A stretch of 64,000 bases of DNA from Thermoplasmata archaeon (GTDB taxonomy: Archaea; Thermoplasmatota; Thermoplasmata; Lutacidiplasmatales; UBA184), in assembly GCA_049591535.1 (NCBI GenBank), contig JBAWFC010000042.1, positions 437-64,436 of the forward strand, read 5' to 3'. The notes under the pieces are model-generated. The model had not been told where the DNA came from and made no database searches. It worked only from the letters and a program-made list of their open reading frames with translations. Both the position numbers and the translations under genes were made by a program. The stretch's first letter is position 1, and each line of letters starts with the position of its first letter. Of this stretch, positions 1 through 8,519 are shown piece after piece.

Positions 1-518
1 GTCAGGGCGAGCACCCCGGCCTTCGCGGCGGCCGAGTGGGCCGTTCCGGGCCCGGCCATCCAGGCGTACGCCGCCACGATGTTCACGATCGACGGAGTCG
101 GGGACTTTCGAAGCAGCGGGAGCGCCGCCCGCGAGCAGTAGAACGTACCGTCGAGGACGATCCCCACGACCGCCCGCCATCCGTTCGGGGTGATCTTCTC
201 CGCGGGGGCCACGAAGTTCCCCGCCGCGTTGTTCACGAGTACGTCGAGCCGTCCGTATTCCGATCGCACGACGTCGAGGAGACGGTCGACCTGCTCCGGG
301 ACCCGGACGTCGGTCGGGACCTCGAGCACGCGAGCGCCCTTGCCCCGGAGCTCCGCGGCGCCGGCGGCGAGGTGCTCGGCCGACCGACTCGCGATCGCGA
401 GGTTGAATCCGTCCTGGGCGAGGGCGGCGCCGATGGCGCGGCCGATGCCGGTGCCCCCGCCGGTAATGAGAGCGACCGGCTTCGCATCGTGCCGCGGGGC
501 CGGCGGGGTCGTCGCCAC
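1..518 (-). CDS. Short-chain dehydrogenase/reductase (SDR); 3' end lies outside the window
   Basis: My own reverse-strand translation from GTG at 518 reads VATTPPAPRHDAKPVALITGGGTGIGRAIG...LDVLVNNAAGNF...SIVNIVAAYAW. It has the TGxxxGxG Rossmann motif and the NNAG motif. It is absent from the ORF track because there is no stop codon inside the window. Confidence 0.75.
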   Translation of the reverse strand, partial: MATTPPAPRHDAKPVALITGGGTGIGRAIGAALAQDGFNLAIASRSAEHLAAGAAELRGKGARVLEVPTDVRVPEQVDRLLDVVRSEYGRLDVLVNNAAGNFVAPAEKITPNGWRAVVGIVLDGTFYCSRAALPLLRKSPTPSIVNIVAAYAWMAGPGTAHSAAAKAGVLAL

Positions 519-603
519 GTCGGGAGCGAGCCCGCAGGGGTCTAAATGCGTGGCGCGGAGGGAGCGCCCCGGCGCGCCCGAAATCCGGGCAGCGGGGGCG
601 ACG

Positions 604-933
604 TCAGCCCTTCGTGAGGGCGCCACGCAGCGCGCTCAGGTCCGAGGCCCCGAGGCCCCGACCAAGTCGTCCGTCCCGGCGAAACACGACCGCACCGTCT
701 CGGAATACGACGACGGTCGGAACGACCTCGACTCCGAATTGCTCCCAGAGAGGATCGTCGTCCTCCGTCAGGTCCGCGGTCGCGATCTCGAACGTGCCGG
801 AGCCGCGCAGGTTCTCGAACTCCGGAACGAACGACCGACAGAACGGGCACCAGTCCGCAACGAACGCGACCGCCCAGACTCCGGGTCGTCGCAGGCGGTC
901 CCCCTGGAACGCGTCCGGCCCCAGTCGCTCCAC
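604..933 (-). CDS. Thioredoxin-fold protein (WCPFC active-site motif)
   Basis: 109-aa ORF containing VAFVADWCPFCRSFVPEF. This is a CxxC redox motif in the context and at the length typical of a thioredoxin. Confidence 0.7.
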   Translation of the reverse strand: MERLGPDAFQGDRLRRPGVWAVAFVADWCPFCRSFVPEFENLRGSGTFEIATADLTEDDDPLWEQFGVEVVPTVVVFRDGAVVFRRDGRLGRGLGASDLSALRGALTKG

Positions 934-1120
934 CGTGCTTCCGCGGGGGCGTCGACCGGTCCGGTCGGCGGCCCTTCCTACGCCACCCAGCCGGTGAGGC
1001 TACTTGTCGCTGGCGTCGCCGCCGCGCGACCGTCGTCCGTTTCGACCCCCCGACCCGCGGCGAGGGCACCAACCGACCCGACTTGAACCGGCGCGCGGTC
1101 CTCGTCACCCCGGCGAACCC

Positions 1121-2200
1121 ATGACGACCTGGCGAGTCCCCACCGAGGCGCGGTCCGAGGAGATCTTCCCGGGCCCGATGGCGGGCACGGTGGAAGTTCA
1201 CCGGTTCGAGAGCCGGGTCCTGAAGGGAAACCCGTGGGGCGACCCCACGGAGCGCGACCTTCCGGTGTACGTCCCTCCCTCCGGCACCACGAAGGGGAGG
1301 CCGCTGCTGGTCCTGCTCAGCGGGTACACCGGCTCGGGGTGGTCGCACTTCCAGAAGGGAAAGTACCTCGAGGACTCTCTCGTTGGGCGCCTCGACCGCC
1401 TCGTCCGCACAGGCGGCGCCGCGGAAGCGGTGATGGTCGCCCCCAACTGCCTCACGACGCTCGGAGGGAGCCAGTACCTCAACTCCACCGCGACGGGCCG
1501 GTACGAGGACTATGTGGTGGAGGAGGTCGTGCCCTGGGTGCAGCAGCGGTACGGCACCGGCCCGACCGCGGTGCTCGGTACCTCGAGCGGGGGGTACGGC
1601 GCGCTGGTCCTCGCGCTCCGCCACCCCCAACTGTTCCGCGCGCTCGGATCGAACGCCGGGGATGCCTACTTCGAGTACTGTTACCTTCCCGACTTTCCGT
1701 CCGCGTTCCGCGAGCTGCGGAAGGACGGAGGACCCGAGGCGTTCCTGCGGGGCGTCTTCGAACGACCGGTGAGCGGCTTCGGCCCCGCGAGCCCGGTGGG
1801 GAAGACCCTCTCGACCCTCGCGTACGCGTCGTGCTACGGGCCGGTGGAGTCGGAACCCGGACGGTTCGAGGTCCCGTTCGACCTCGAGACCGGGGCGATT
1901 CGCCCGGAGGTCTGGTCCCGGTGGCTCGCCTGGGACCCGGTGCGCATGGTCGAAACCGAGCGGTACGCCGAAGCCGTCCGGAAGCTCGCGTACGTCTACG
2001 TCGACGGCGGCCTCCGAGACGAGTTCGGGCTCGACGTCGGCGCGCGCATCTTCGCCGCGGCGGCGCGTCGACAGGGCGCCACGGTCGACCTCGAGGAGTA
2101 CGACGGCATCCATTCCGACCGGGGTCCCCGGTACGACGTGATGATCCCGCGGCTGCTTTCCGCGCTGGGCTCCCCGGCGCCGCGCGCGGCGCCCTCGTAA
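1121..2200 (+). CDS. Putative esterase / alpha-beta hydrolase (enterochelin-esterase-like family)
   Basis: The protein-like sequence starts at MTTWRVPTEA (ATG 1121) inside track ORF 1004..2200. It contains LLVLLSGYTGSGW and a nucleophile elbow, GTSSGGYGAL. The Arg/Pro-rich N-terminal extension was discarded. Confidence 0.65.
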   Translation: MTTWRVPTEARSEEIFPGPMAGTVEVHRFESRVLKGNPWGDPTERDLPVYVPPSGTTKGRPLLVLLSGYTGSGWSHFQKGKYLEDSLVGRLDRLVRTGGAAEAVMVAPNCLTTLGGSQYLNSTATGRYEDYVVEEVVPWVQQRYGTGPTAVLGTSSGGYGALVLALRHPQLFRALGSNAGDAYFEYCYLPDFPSAFRELRKDGGPEAFLRGVFERPVSGFGPASPVGKTLSTLAYASCYGPVESEPGRFEVPFDLETGAIRPEVWSRWLAWDPVRMVETERYAEAVRKLAYVYVDGGLRDEFGLDVGARIFAAAARRQGATVDLEEYDGIHSDRGPRYDVMIPRLLSALGSPAPRAAPS

Positions 2201-2230
2201 CTTTAGTACCCGCCCGGATTCGCCGGGCCG

Positions 2231-2383
2231 ATGATCCGCGACGGGCAGATGATCTGCGACTCCTGCCAGAAGGTGATCACGCGGATCACCGACGTTCCCG
2301 CCGAAGGCTGGGAGAAGATGCACAACCTCTGTTCGGCGTGCTTCCTCGCCCTCGGAAAGGAATCCGTCCCGCGGATCACGTAG
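2231..2383 (+). CDS. Small zinc-ribbon-like protein (50 aa; CxxC...CxxC)
   Basis: Too short to be in the ORF track. It translates to MIRDGQMICDSCQKVITRITDVPAEGWEKMHNLCSACFLALGKESVPRIT. Third codon positions are almost all G/C, as in the neighbouring genes. Confidence 0.5.
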   Translation: MIRDGQMICDSCQKVITRITDVPAEGWEKMHNLCSACFLALGKESVPRIT

Positions 2384-2406
2384 CCCGGCGCCGTAGGGGG
2401 GCCCCG

Positions 2407-2952
2407 CTACGCGCCCGAGGGTCCCTCGAGCGGCACGAGCGCCTCGTCCTCGAACCACGCGAGTACGATGAAGTACCAGCTCACGAGGACGAGCAGCGGG
2501 AACTCCGCGAGCGCGGTGGCGTCCGTGGGTGCGATGACGGCTCCGCCGACCAGTTTTCGCTCCTCCCGCACCGGCTCGACGTGGAGGACCTCCCGGCCCT
2601 CCTCGGTCGTGACCTGCCAGGCCGGCAGGAGCAGACCGGCGCGGTGAAACCGGTACGCGCGGCCGCCGGTCACCTCGATCCGGTGGTACTGCCAGTGTAC
2701 CGAGAGGCGCAGCACGTTCGACGACGCTCCCTCCGCGCGGACCGTGACGGTCGGATTGAGGAATCCGGTCCGTTTCAGGGTCCACGCCCCGGCGGCGGTA
2801 CGGGCGGTCGTCAGGGAGCCCGTCCCCCCCTTCCATGCCATGGACGCGACCGCCTGGTCACCCGCGAGAAGTTCGAACTCGAGGGGTCGGTCGCCCCGCC
2901 GCAGCCAACGTAGGGACGTGGCATCGACCGAATCGAACGGTTTCTGCTCCAT
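2407..2952 (-). CDS. Hypothetical protein with a C-terminal hydrophobic segment
   Basis: The protein-like part starts at MEQKPFDSVD (ATG at 2952) within track ORF 2407..3144. No motif was recognised. The C-terminal segment FPLLVLVSWYFIVLAWF looks like a transmembrane helix. Confidence 0.5.
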   Translation of the reverse strand: MEQKPFDSVDATSLRWLRRGDRPLEFELLAGDQAVASMAWKGGTGSLTTARTAAGAWTLKRTGFLNPTVTVRAEGASSNVLRLSVHWQYHRIEVTGGRAYRFHRAGLLLPAWQVTTEEGREVLHVEPVREERKLVGGAVIAPTDATALAEFPLLVLVSWYFIVLAWFEDEALVPLEGPSGA

Positions 2953-2977
2953 CGCACGCTCAGCGTGCGAGAGGGTC

Positions 2978-3559
2978 TTAAGCCCGCGCGGCCGAGTCGG
3001 CGCGCGGTGCCGGGGAGGGCCGGCGGCTGGCGAGCTCCCGTTGGATCTCCGCGATCTCTTCGAGCGCTCGACCGATGTCCCCGGGGTCGTTCGGGGTCGT
3101 GAGGACCGGCCGGGGCCCACGCGGAGTGACCGGCGGCAGGACATCCTCGTCCCAGGGCGCGGCGGCGACGGAGGGGATCACGGGGTCGACGGAGATCGGG
3201 GCCGCTACCTTCGGGGGTACTACCTCGGGCGGGGGCCGGCCGAACTCGGCTCGGGAGAGGGGGGTCGCGTCGGTCGACGGGGCGGGTCTCGCGGTTTCGA
3301 CCTCCCCGGAGGGTTGGGGCTCGTCCGTCGCGAAGAACCAGGACAGTACCGTGCCGACCGCCGCTACGAACCCCAGGGTGAACAGGAGCCCGAACAGCGG
3401 GAAGTTGGCCGGCCCGAGCAACGGGGCGACGCGGTAGGCGACGTACCCTCCGACGAACAATACCACGGTGAGGACGGCGAGCGGCAGAGTGCGGATCAGT
3501 GCCGTACGGGGGTCCTCCACGGGCCCCGCCGCCTCCGTATCGCTCGTCCCGGTCGTCAT
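2978..3559 (-). CDS. Hypothetical membrane protein (2 predicted TM helices, Pro-rich linker)
   Basis: 193-aa ORF. Two hydrophobic helices (LPLAVLTVVLFVGGYVAY and FGLLFTLGFVAAVGTVLSWFF) are followed by a Pro-rich region and a charged helix, ALEEIAEIQRELA. Confidence 0.5.
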   Translation of the reverse strand: MTTGTSDTEAAGPVEDPRTALIRTLPLAVLTVVLFVGGYVAYRVAPLLGPANFPLFGLLFTLGFVAAVGTVLSWFFATDEPQPSGEVETARPAPSTDATPLSRAEFGRPPPEVVPPKVAAPISVDPVIPSVAAAPWDEDVLPPVTPRGPRPVLTTPNDPGDIGRALEEIAEIQRELASRRPSPAPRADSAARA

Positions 3560-3663
3560 CTCGCGTCCGCCCGTGGGGCCTCCCGACGGGGATGCGCGTC
3601 GCGAGCCATATTACTTGTCGGCCCTCCCGTCGGGACGCGAAATCGGTCCCGGCGGCCGGGAAT

Positions 3664-3677
3664 ACGTATAAATACGT
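3664..3677 (+). promoter_or_regulatory. TATA-box-like element (ACGTATAAATACGT) upstream of the 3707 gene
   Basis: This is the only AT-rich patch in the intergenic region. The arms ACGTAT/ATACGT are inverted repeats. It lies 30-55 nt upstream of the candidate starts at 3707, 3719 and 3731. Confidence 0.45.
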
Positions 3678-3706
3678 AGTTCGCAAAGTATTTCGAGCAC
3701 CCTCGG

Positions 3707-4360
3707 GTGCGGCGATTTATGCACGGAACGATGGAGCGAAGGACGGTCTACGCCATTACGGTGGTCGCGCTGCTGACGATTGCGGGCGGTTGGGTCTTTG
3801 CGGCGACGTTCGTCGACAACCATCCGCCGGCACAGAACTCGACCATCACGGTCGTGACGCCCAACGGAGCTTCCGAAGTCGTGCAGTCGACCCAGCTGAT
3901 CACCCTCTCGGACGCGTTGAACGGCCAGCTCATCGCCGCGGGCCAGCAGCCCGGCTCGGGGAACGGCCTCAACTCGACCTACGGAACGAACGTCGCGCTC
4001 GACCAGTGCACCGTGGCGAACTGCTCGGGCAACTTCTCGGCCGTCGACGCGACCTTCCAGACGCTGCACCAGGGCGACAGCGCGCTCCAGGTCGCCCTCC
4101 TCGTGAACCAGACCGATGTGGCCCAGGGCTTCGACATCCAGACGGAGGTCATTTACCAGAACAGCACGAGCCTCGCTACCGTCTTCGCGTTCGGCTCGGG
4201 GTACTTCGACACGAACACGACGCAGTTCGCGGGACACACGCTGTCGACCATCTCGGTGTTCCTGTACGTCGACCTCGGCACGGCGGCGACCTTCCCGCCG
4301 ATCGTGCAGAACATCGTCGTGACCGTCAACGCGTGTACCTCCGCGACCACCTGCCCGTAG
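3707..4360 (+). CDS. Secreted or membrane-anchored protein rich in N-glycosylation sequons
   Basis: It has an N-terminal signal anchor (VYAITVVALLTIAGGWVFAATF) and seven N-x-S/T sequons in 217 aa, plus Cys residues near the C terminus. The start codon is uncertain (GTG 3707, ATG 3719 or ATG 3731). Confidence 0.6.
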   Translation: MRRFMHGTMERRTVYAITVVALLTIAGGWVFAATFVDNHPPAQNSTITVVTPNGASEVVQSTQLITLSDALNGQLIAAGQQPGSGNGLNSTYGTNVALDQCTVANCSGNFSAVDATFQTLHQGDSALQVALLVNQTDVAQGFDIQTEVIYQNSTSLATVFAFGSGYFDTNTTQFAGHTLSTISVFLYVDLGTAATFPPIVQNIVVTVNACTSATTCP

Positions 4361-4489
4361 GCCCACGCCCGGGGAGGGGGGCGGATCCCCCCCCTCTCCC
4401 TACCCTTTCCTCCCGCCCGAAATTCTTGAGATCCCGAGTCCGGGGCGTCGGCCCCGCGCCTCGCCCCCACCGGGGCGTACGGGTCGTCG

Positions 4490-4855
4490 CTAGCGACCGG
4501 CGACGAGGTAGAGAATGCCGGCGATGAGGGTGAGTATCCCGGCGATGATCGCGAGCAGGCTGCCGGCGAATCCGAGGAACAGCCAACCCACGATCGCGAG
4601 CACCACGAGGACGGCACCGACCGCGACGCTCCCGTCCCCGTGCCGGCTCCGGCCCAGGACCGCGAAGAACCCGATCAGGAGCCCGAGAACGATGAAGATC
4701 ACCGACCCGGCCACCGAACCGAGCGCCTCGAGGTGGCGGCCCGTCGCGAGGAAGAGCACCCCGAGCACGAATCGGACGATCGCTGCGAGGACGAGCAGCA
4801 CCGCGGCGATCACCCCGAAGACCAGGGCCAGATGTCGGTCGCCCTCCGCGCTCAT
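4490..4855 (-). CDS. Small integral membrane protein (about 4 TM helices)
   Basis: The 121-aa ORF is almost entirely made of hydrophobic helices (LALVFGVIAAVLLVLAAIV..., LLAIIAGILTLIAGILYLVAG). Confidence 0.55.
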   Translation of the reverse strand: MSAEGDRHLALVFGVIAAVLLVLAAIVRFVLGVLFLATGRHLEALGSVAGSVIFIVLGLLIGFFAVLGRSRHGDGSVAVGAVLVVLAIVGWLFLGFAGSLLAIIAGILTLIAGILYLVAGR

Positions 4856-5119
4856 CCTCGGACCCCCGCCGGTCTACGGCCCCCGACGGGAGCGGCCGAG
4901 GACTTTACTTTTGGGAGCCCCCGGAATCGGAACGGCTCCCGGAGCGCGGGGGACTCGGGGCTCCGAGGGGAGGGGCGAGGCGCGCGATCCCCCGCGGCGG
5001 CGCGACCCGCGGGAGGGTCGTTCCCCCCGGGAGACTGTGGATTCGTGCGGCCCGCCGGGCCGCCACCGGGCTCCGTTCGCCCTCCCAAACCCTAAGCTCC
5101 CGAGGAGTTGAGGCGTTTG

Positions 5120-5821
5120 ATGCCGTCCCGGGGCTCCGCGAAGGGAATGCGCCGCGAGTTCGACCTCGAGGCCCCCGGATACGACCGGACCGCCCGCGCC
5201 TCGATGCCGGGCTACAGCGACCTCCACCGGACGCTCGTGTGGGGGATACCGTTCGTCCCTACGCGTTCGTTTCGGGTGCTCGAGCTCGGCGTGGGAACCG
5301 GAACCCTGACGGCGAAGATCATGGAGGAGTTTCCCCATGCCCAGCTGACCGGGGTCGACCTCTCGCCCCGCATGATCACCCGCGCTCGGGAGAAGTTGCG
5401 CCCGTATCGGGACCGAGTCGAGCTCGTCGCCGGTGACCTCGGTGCGTTCGCGGAGGAGACCTACGATGTCGTGGTCTCCGCCCTCGCCATCCATCACCTC
5501 GGAGACACGGAGAAGTGGCGGCTGTTCCGAAGGGTGCACCGGTGCCTCTCGCGGGAAGGCTACTTCGGGGATGCGGACGACCACCTCCCGGAAGACCCGA
5601 TCTTCGACACCCGGTATGCCCAGATCGCCTCGATGCTGCCCTCGCCCCGCGGCCGGAGTGGGGCGTGGACCAGCCCGCAAGAGGTCTGGCACGGGCACGA
5701 GAAGTTCGACCACCCCTCGACCCTGACCGCGGAGCTGGCGGCGCTGGAGCGCACGGGATTCCGTCACGTGGGAGTGCCGTGGCGGTTCTTCGGCCAAGCC
5801 GTCGTGTGGGCCTACCGCTGA
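5120..5821 (+). CDS. Class I SAM-dependent methyltransferase
   Basis: Motif I is VLELGVGTGTL, followed by GVDLSPRMI and VVSALAIHHL. The start was taken at ATG 5120 inside track ORF 5108..5821; ATG 5147 is also possible. Confidence 0.7.
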   Translation: MPSRGSAKGMRREFDLEAPGYDRTARASMPGYSDLHRTLVWGIPFVPTRSFRVLELGVGTGTLTAKIMEEFPHAQLTGVDLSPRMITRAREKLRPYRDRVELVAGDLGAFAEETYDVVVSALAIHHLGDTEKWRLFRRVHRCLSREGYFGDADDHLPEDPIFDTRYAQIASMLPSPRGRSGAWTSPQEVWHGHEKFDHPSTLTAELAALERTGFRHVGVPWRFFGQAVVWAYR

Positions 5822-5930
5822 GTGGGCCGGCGCGGGCGGGACTCGGGGGTGCGCGGCCGCGCCGAACGGTCCCCGGCGTCATCGACTTCGAGGCAAACCT
5901 TTTCTTGCGGTCCCCTCCTCCAACGCTCGT

Positions 5931-6038
5931 GGCCGGGATGGGGTAGCTTGGCCTATCCTGGGGGACTGTGGATCCCTCGACCCGGGTTCAAAGCGGCGCG
6001 GGGCCGAACCCCGCGCCCTGAGACTCTCGGTCCCGGCC
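5931..6038 (+). tRNA. tRNA-His (anticodon GTG) with encoded G-1 and a 32-nt insertion (putative intron) in the T-loop
   Basis: I folded it by hand. G-1:C73 pairs, and the acceptor stem is GCCGGGA/TCCCGGC. U8 is present, the D stem is GGGT/TCCT, and the D loop contains GG. The anticodon stem is GGGGA/TCCCT with loop CTGTGGA. The T stem is CCGGG(5982-86)/CTCGG(6026-30). The T-loop TTCAAA is interrupted by about 5993-6024, which contains a 9-bp hairpin. Confidence 0.8.
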
Positions 6039-6039
6039 C

Positions 6040-6918
6040 CTACGGCTTCTTCGCACGACGCGGCGGGGAGGCCCGTTTCGCCGTCGGCGGTACGCGTTCC
6101 AGCCGGTCGAGAGCCTCCGGAAGCTCGCTCAGGGTGTAGTCGGCCCAGCGGGCCCCCCATTTCTCGAGGTCGAGCGGGGTCAGCCCCCACCCCTTCAGGG
6201 TCGACGCGCGGCCGATCGGGGTGACCCCGGGCGTCGACTGGGCGGCTTCCATGTCGAACCGAGAATCCCCGACGAGGAACATCGGCACGCCGGGGTACCG
6301 CCGCCGGTACTCCGCGAGATGCTCTCGCTTGGTGCCGTCGGCGGACCCGAGCACCTCCTCGAACCAGTATCGGAGTCCCTCCCGTTCGAGCAGAAGGTCG
6401 GCCATCTCGGTCTCCGCCCCGGTCGAGACCGCGAGCGTCCACCGCTCCGAGCCGAGCCGTTTCAGGAGTTTCGGGATCTCGGGGAACGGCTTCGCCTTCG
6501 CGTACGCCTCGGTGACCTTGCGCTGGTGGAACGTGCGCGCCGTCGTGGCCCGGAGAGCCGCCGGCGCGGTGGGGTACAGCTGGGCCAGCTGGGCCTCGAA
6601 CGGCATCCCCGTCGTGGCGAGGTAGTGGATCCGACCCTCCTCGGGCGGGGTACCGAACGCCTTCAGGAGCACGTCCCCGGCCACGACGCTGATCAACGCG
6701 AGGTCGTCGAGGATCGTCCCATCGAGGTCGAAGACGACGACCCCGCGCTCGACCGTGACGGGGGCGACCGCTCCGGCGGGTCGGCCGACCGAGTGTCCCA
6801 CCTCCGCGAACTGACTCGTCGAAGCGACGAGGGGGAGTTCGGGGCCCTCGAAGGTCGGCGCCTCCCCCTCGGGGGGTGCGCTCTCCTCGGGGGCAGGCGA
6901 GCGCCGGGGTTCGGTCAC
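6040..6918 (-). CDS. HAD-superfamily hydrolase
   Basis: HAD motif I is VVVFDLDGTILDD, and the C-terminal MFLVGDSRFDMEAA matches motif IV. Only the C-terminal part of track ORF 6040..7842 is protein-like. The start is either GTG 6918, which has CTTTAAG about 27 nt upstream, or GTG 6801. Confidence 0.7.
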   Translation of the reverse strand: MTEPRRSPAPEESAPPEGEAPTFEGPELPLVASTSQFAEVGHSVGRPAGAVAPVTVERGVVVFDLDGTILDDLALISVVAGDVLLKAFGTPPEEGRIHYLATTGMPFEAQLAQLYPTAPAALRATTARTFHQRKVTEAYAKAKPFPEIPKLLKRLGSERWTLAVSTGAETEMADLLLEREGLRYWFEEVLGSADGTKREHLAEYRRRYPGVPMFLVGDSRFDMEAAQSTPGVTPIGRASTLKGWGLTPLDLEKWGARWADYTLSELPEALDRLERVPPTAKRASPPRRAKKP

Positions 6919-7026
6919 CCCCGGGTCGAGGTACGCGGGTTCTTTAAGGCGCGGACGGGCCCGCCTCGCCCTAATAGGGTCGGCGACATCCCCGGTAGCC
7001 GGTAGCTCCGACCGGCGGGTGGCGTC

Positions 7027-8343
7027 GTGCATCCCAGCCGTGTGATCCGAGGAAGGACGACCCGGCTGCTCGAGGGTCGTCGGATCCTCGTCGGGGTTTC
7101 CGGGTCGATCGCCGCCGTCGAGGTCCCGCGCATCGTTCGCGAGCTCATCCGGCACGGCGCCGACGTGCGCGCCGTGATGAGCCCCGAAGCGACCCGGATC
7201 GTGACCGCCGAGGCGCTCGAGTTCGCGACCGGACACCCGCCGGTCGTACAACTCACCGGGAACGTGGAGCACGTCACACTGCTCGGACCGGGAGAGGAGC
7301 AGACGGACCTCTATCTGATCGCCCCGGCCACGGCCAACACGATCTCGAAGATCGCCCACGGGATCGACGACACCCCGGTCACCTCGTGCGCCTCCGTCGC
7401 ACTGGGCGGAGGCGTGCCGATGCTCGTCGCGCCCGCGATGCACGCCCACATGGGACGGAACCCCGCGGTGAAAGAGAGCCTCGAGAAACTCCGGTCGTGG
7501 GGGGTCGGCGTGGTCACGGGCGCCTCGACGGAGGGGGAGGAGAAGATCGCGACGCCGGAAGAGGTGGCGGCTGCCGTGCTCCATCGGATCGCGCGCGGTC
7601 CCTGGGTGGGACGCCGGGTCGTGGTCATCGGGGGCGCCTCGCGCGAACGCCTCGACTCGGTTCGCTCCCTCACCAACGAGAGTTCCGGCGCCTCCGCCGT
7701 GGCGATCGCGACCCAGGCCCACTTCCGCGGCGCCGAGGTCGAGCTGTGGACCGGTGCGCTCCGGGTCGGTGTCCCTCCCTTCCTCAGTACTGCCGGCTGG
7801 CACAGCGTGGCCGACCTGCTCGCCCTCGCCCGGGAACGGCACGCGGTGCTCGCCTCCTGCGCCGCCGTGATCGTCCCCGCGGCGCTCTCCGATTTCACCC
7901 TCGACGCACGACCCGGCAAGATCCGCTCACGGGATCATTCCCGCCTTTCGCTCACGCTCCACCGGGCTCCCAAGGTCCTTCCCGAGCTACGTCGGCTCGC
8001 CCCCGCACCCCGCCGGCTCGTCGCATTCAAGCTCGCGGCCGGAGAAGGAGAGGACGCGCTGGAGCGCGAGGGGACCCGTCTCCGGAAGGAGAGCGGCGCC
8101 GATTGGGTGGTGGCGAACGACGTGGCGACGATGGGGAGCACCGAGACGAACGCCCTCGTGCTGACCCCCGACGGAGCCCACCATTGGCTCCGCGGTCCGA
8201 AGCCAGAGTTCGCGGGCCGGCTGCTGGACGAGATCGGAGCCGAGCTTCCGTCTCCCGCGTCGCCCGGACCGGTCGGCCCATCCGCCGCGACCGCCTCGCG
8301 ACACCGGACCCGGCCGCGCCGGTCCGTTCGGCCCCGCCGGTGA
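7027..8343 (+). CDS. coaBC: Bifunctional phosphopantothenoylcysteine decarboxylase / phosphopantothenate-cysteine ligase
   Basis: The N-terminal flavoprotein domain reads ILVGVSGSIAA...APATANTISKIAHGIDD. The C-terminal CoaB domain reads VVVIGGASRERLDSVRSLTNESSG...AAALSDF. The length of 438 aa is typical. Confidence 0.85.
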   Translation: MHPSRVIRGRTTRLLEGRRILVGVSGSIAAVEVPRIVRELIRHGADVRAVMSPEATRIVTAEALEFATGHPPVVQLTGNVEHVTLLGPGEEQTDLYLIAPATANTISKIAHGIDDTPVTSCASVALGGGVPMLVAPAMHAHMGRNPAVKESLEKLRSWGVGVVTGASTEGEEKIATPEEVAAAVLHRIARGPWVGRRVVVIGGASRERLDSVRSLTNESSGASAVAIATQAHFRGAEVELWTGALRVGVPPFLSTAGWHSVADLLALARERHAVLASCAAVIVPAALSDFTLDARPGKIRSRDHSRLSLTLHRAPKVLPELRRLAPAPRRLVAFKLAAGEGEDALEREGTRLRKESGADWVVANDVATMGSTETNALVLTPDGAHHWLRGPKPEFAGRLLDEIGAELPSPASPGPVGPSAATASRHRTRPRRSVRPRR

Positions 8344-8434
8344 TCGACCGTTCTCCCGGTCCGCCCTCGGAGGGTGCGGCTCCGGAGTTCCTGCCCCGGG
8401 ACGGCGTGGATACGACGCGAAGGGGCAGCGAAAC

Positions 8435-8449
8435 ATTCACACGGTGAAT
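8435..8449. promoter_or_regulatory. Palindrome ATTCAC-ACG-GTGAAT in the AT-rich region upstream of the ZIP transporter (candidate operator)
   Basis: It has perfect 6-bp inverted arms with a 3-nt spacer. A further TTCAC half-site lies at 8465-8469, and a TATA-like CTTAAGT sits about 35 nt upstream of the GTG start at 8520. Confidence 0.35.
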
Positions 8450-8519
8450 CAATGTTGTAGCATGTTCACAAACAAAACGCTTAAGTTCCCTCGAGCGTCC
8501 TCCCGTCCCCGGAGAGAAC

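Noticed and set aside
542-2836. Very long ORFs on alternative frames or antisense strands throughout the window (e.g. 542..2836 -, 10721..12862 -, 12339..14384 +, 15791..17455 -, 38201..40012 +, 59579..60775 -).
   Set aside because: Their translations are Arg/Pro/Gly/Ala low complexity with no motifs. They overlap genes that have clear family signatures on the other frame. Such ORFs are expected in very GC-rich DNA, where stop codons are rare.
4371-4400. A G-run/C-run inverted repeat (GGGGAGGGGGG…CCCCCCCCTCTCCC) between convergent genes, considered as a terminator.
   Set aside because: The pairing is imperfect and it is a homopolymer-type repeat. Archaeal termination relies on oligo-T, and only a weak TTT follows, so this is not strong enough to annotate.
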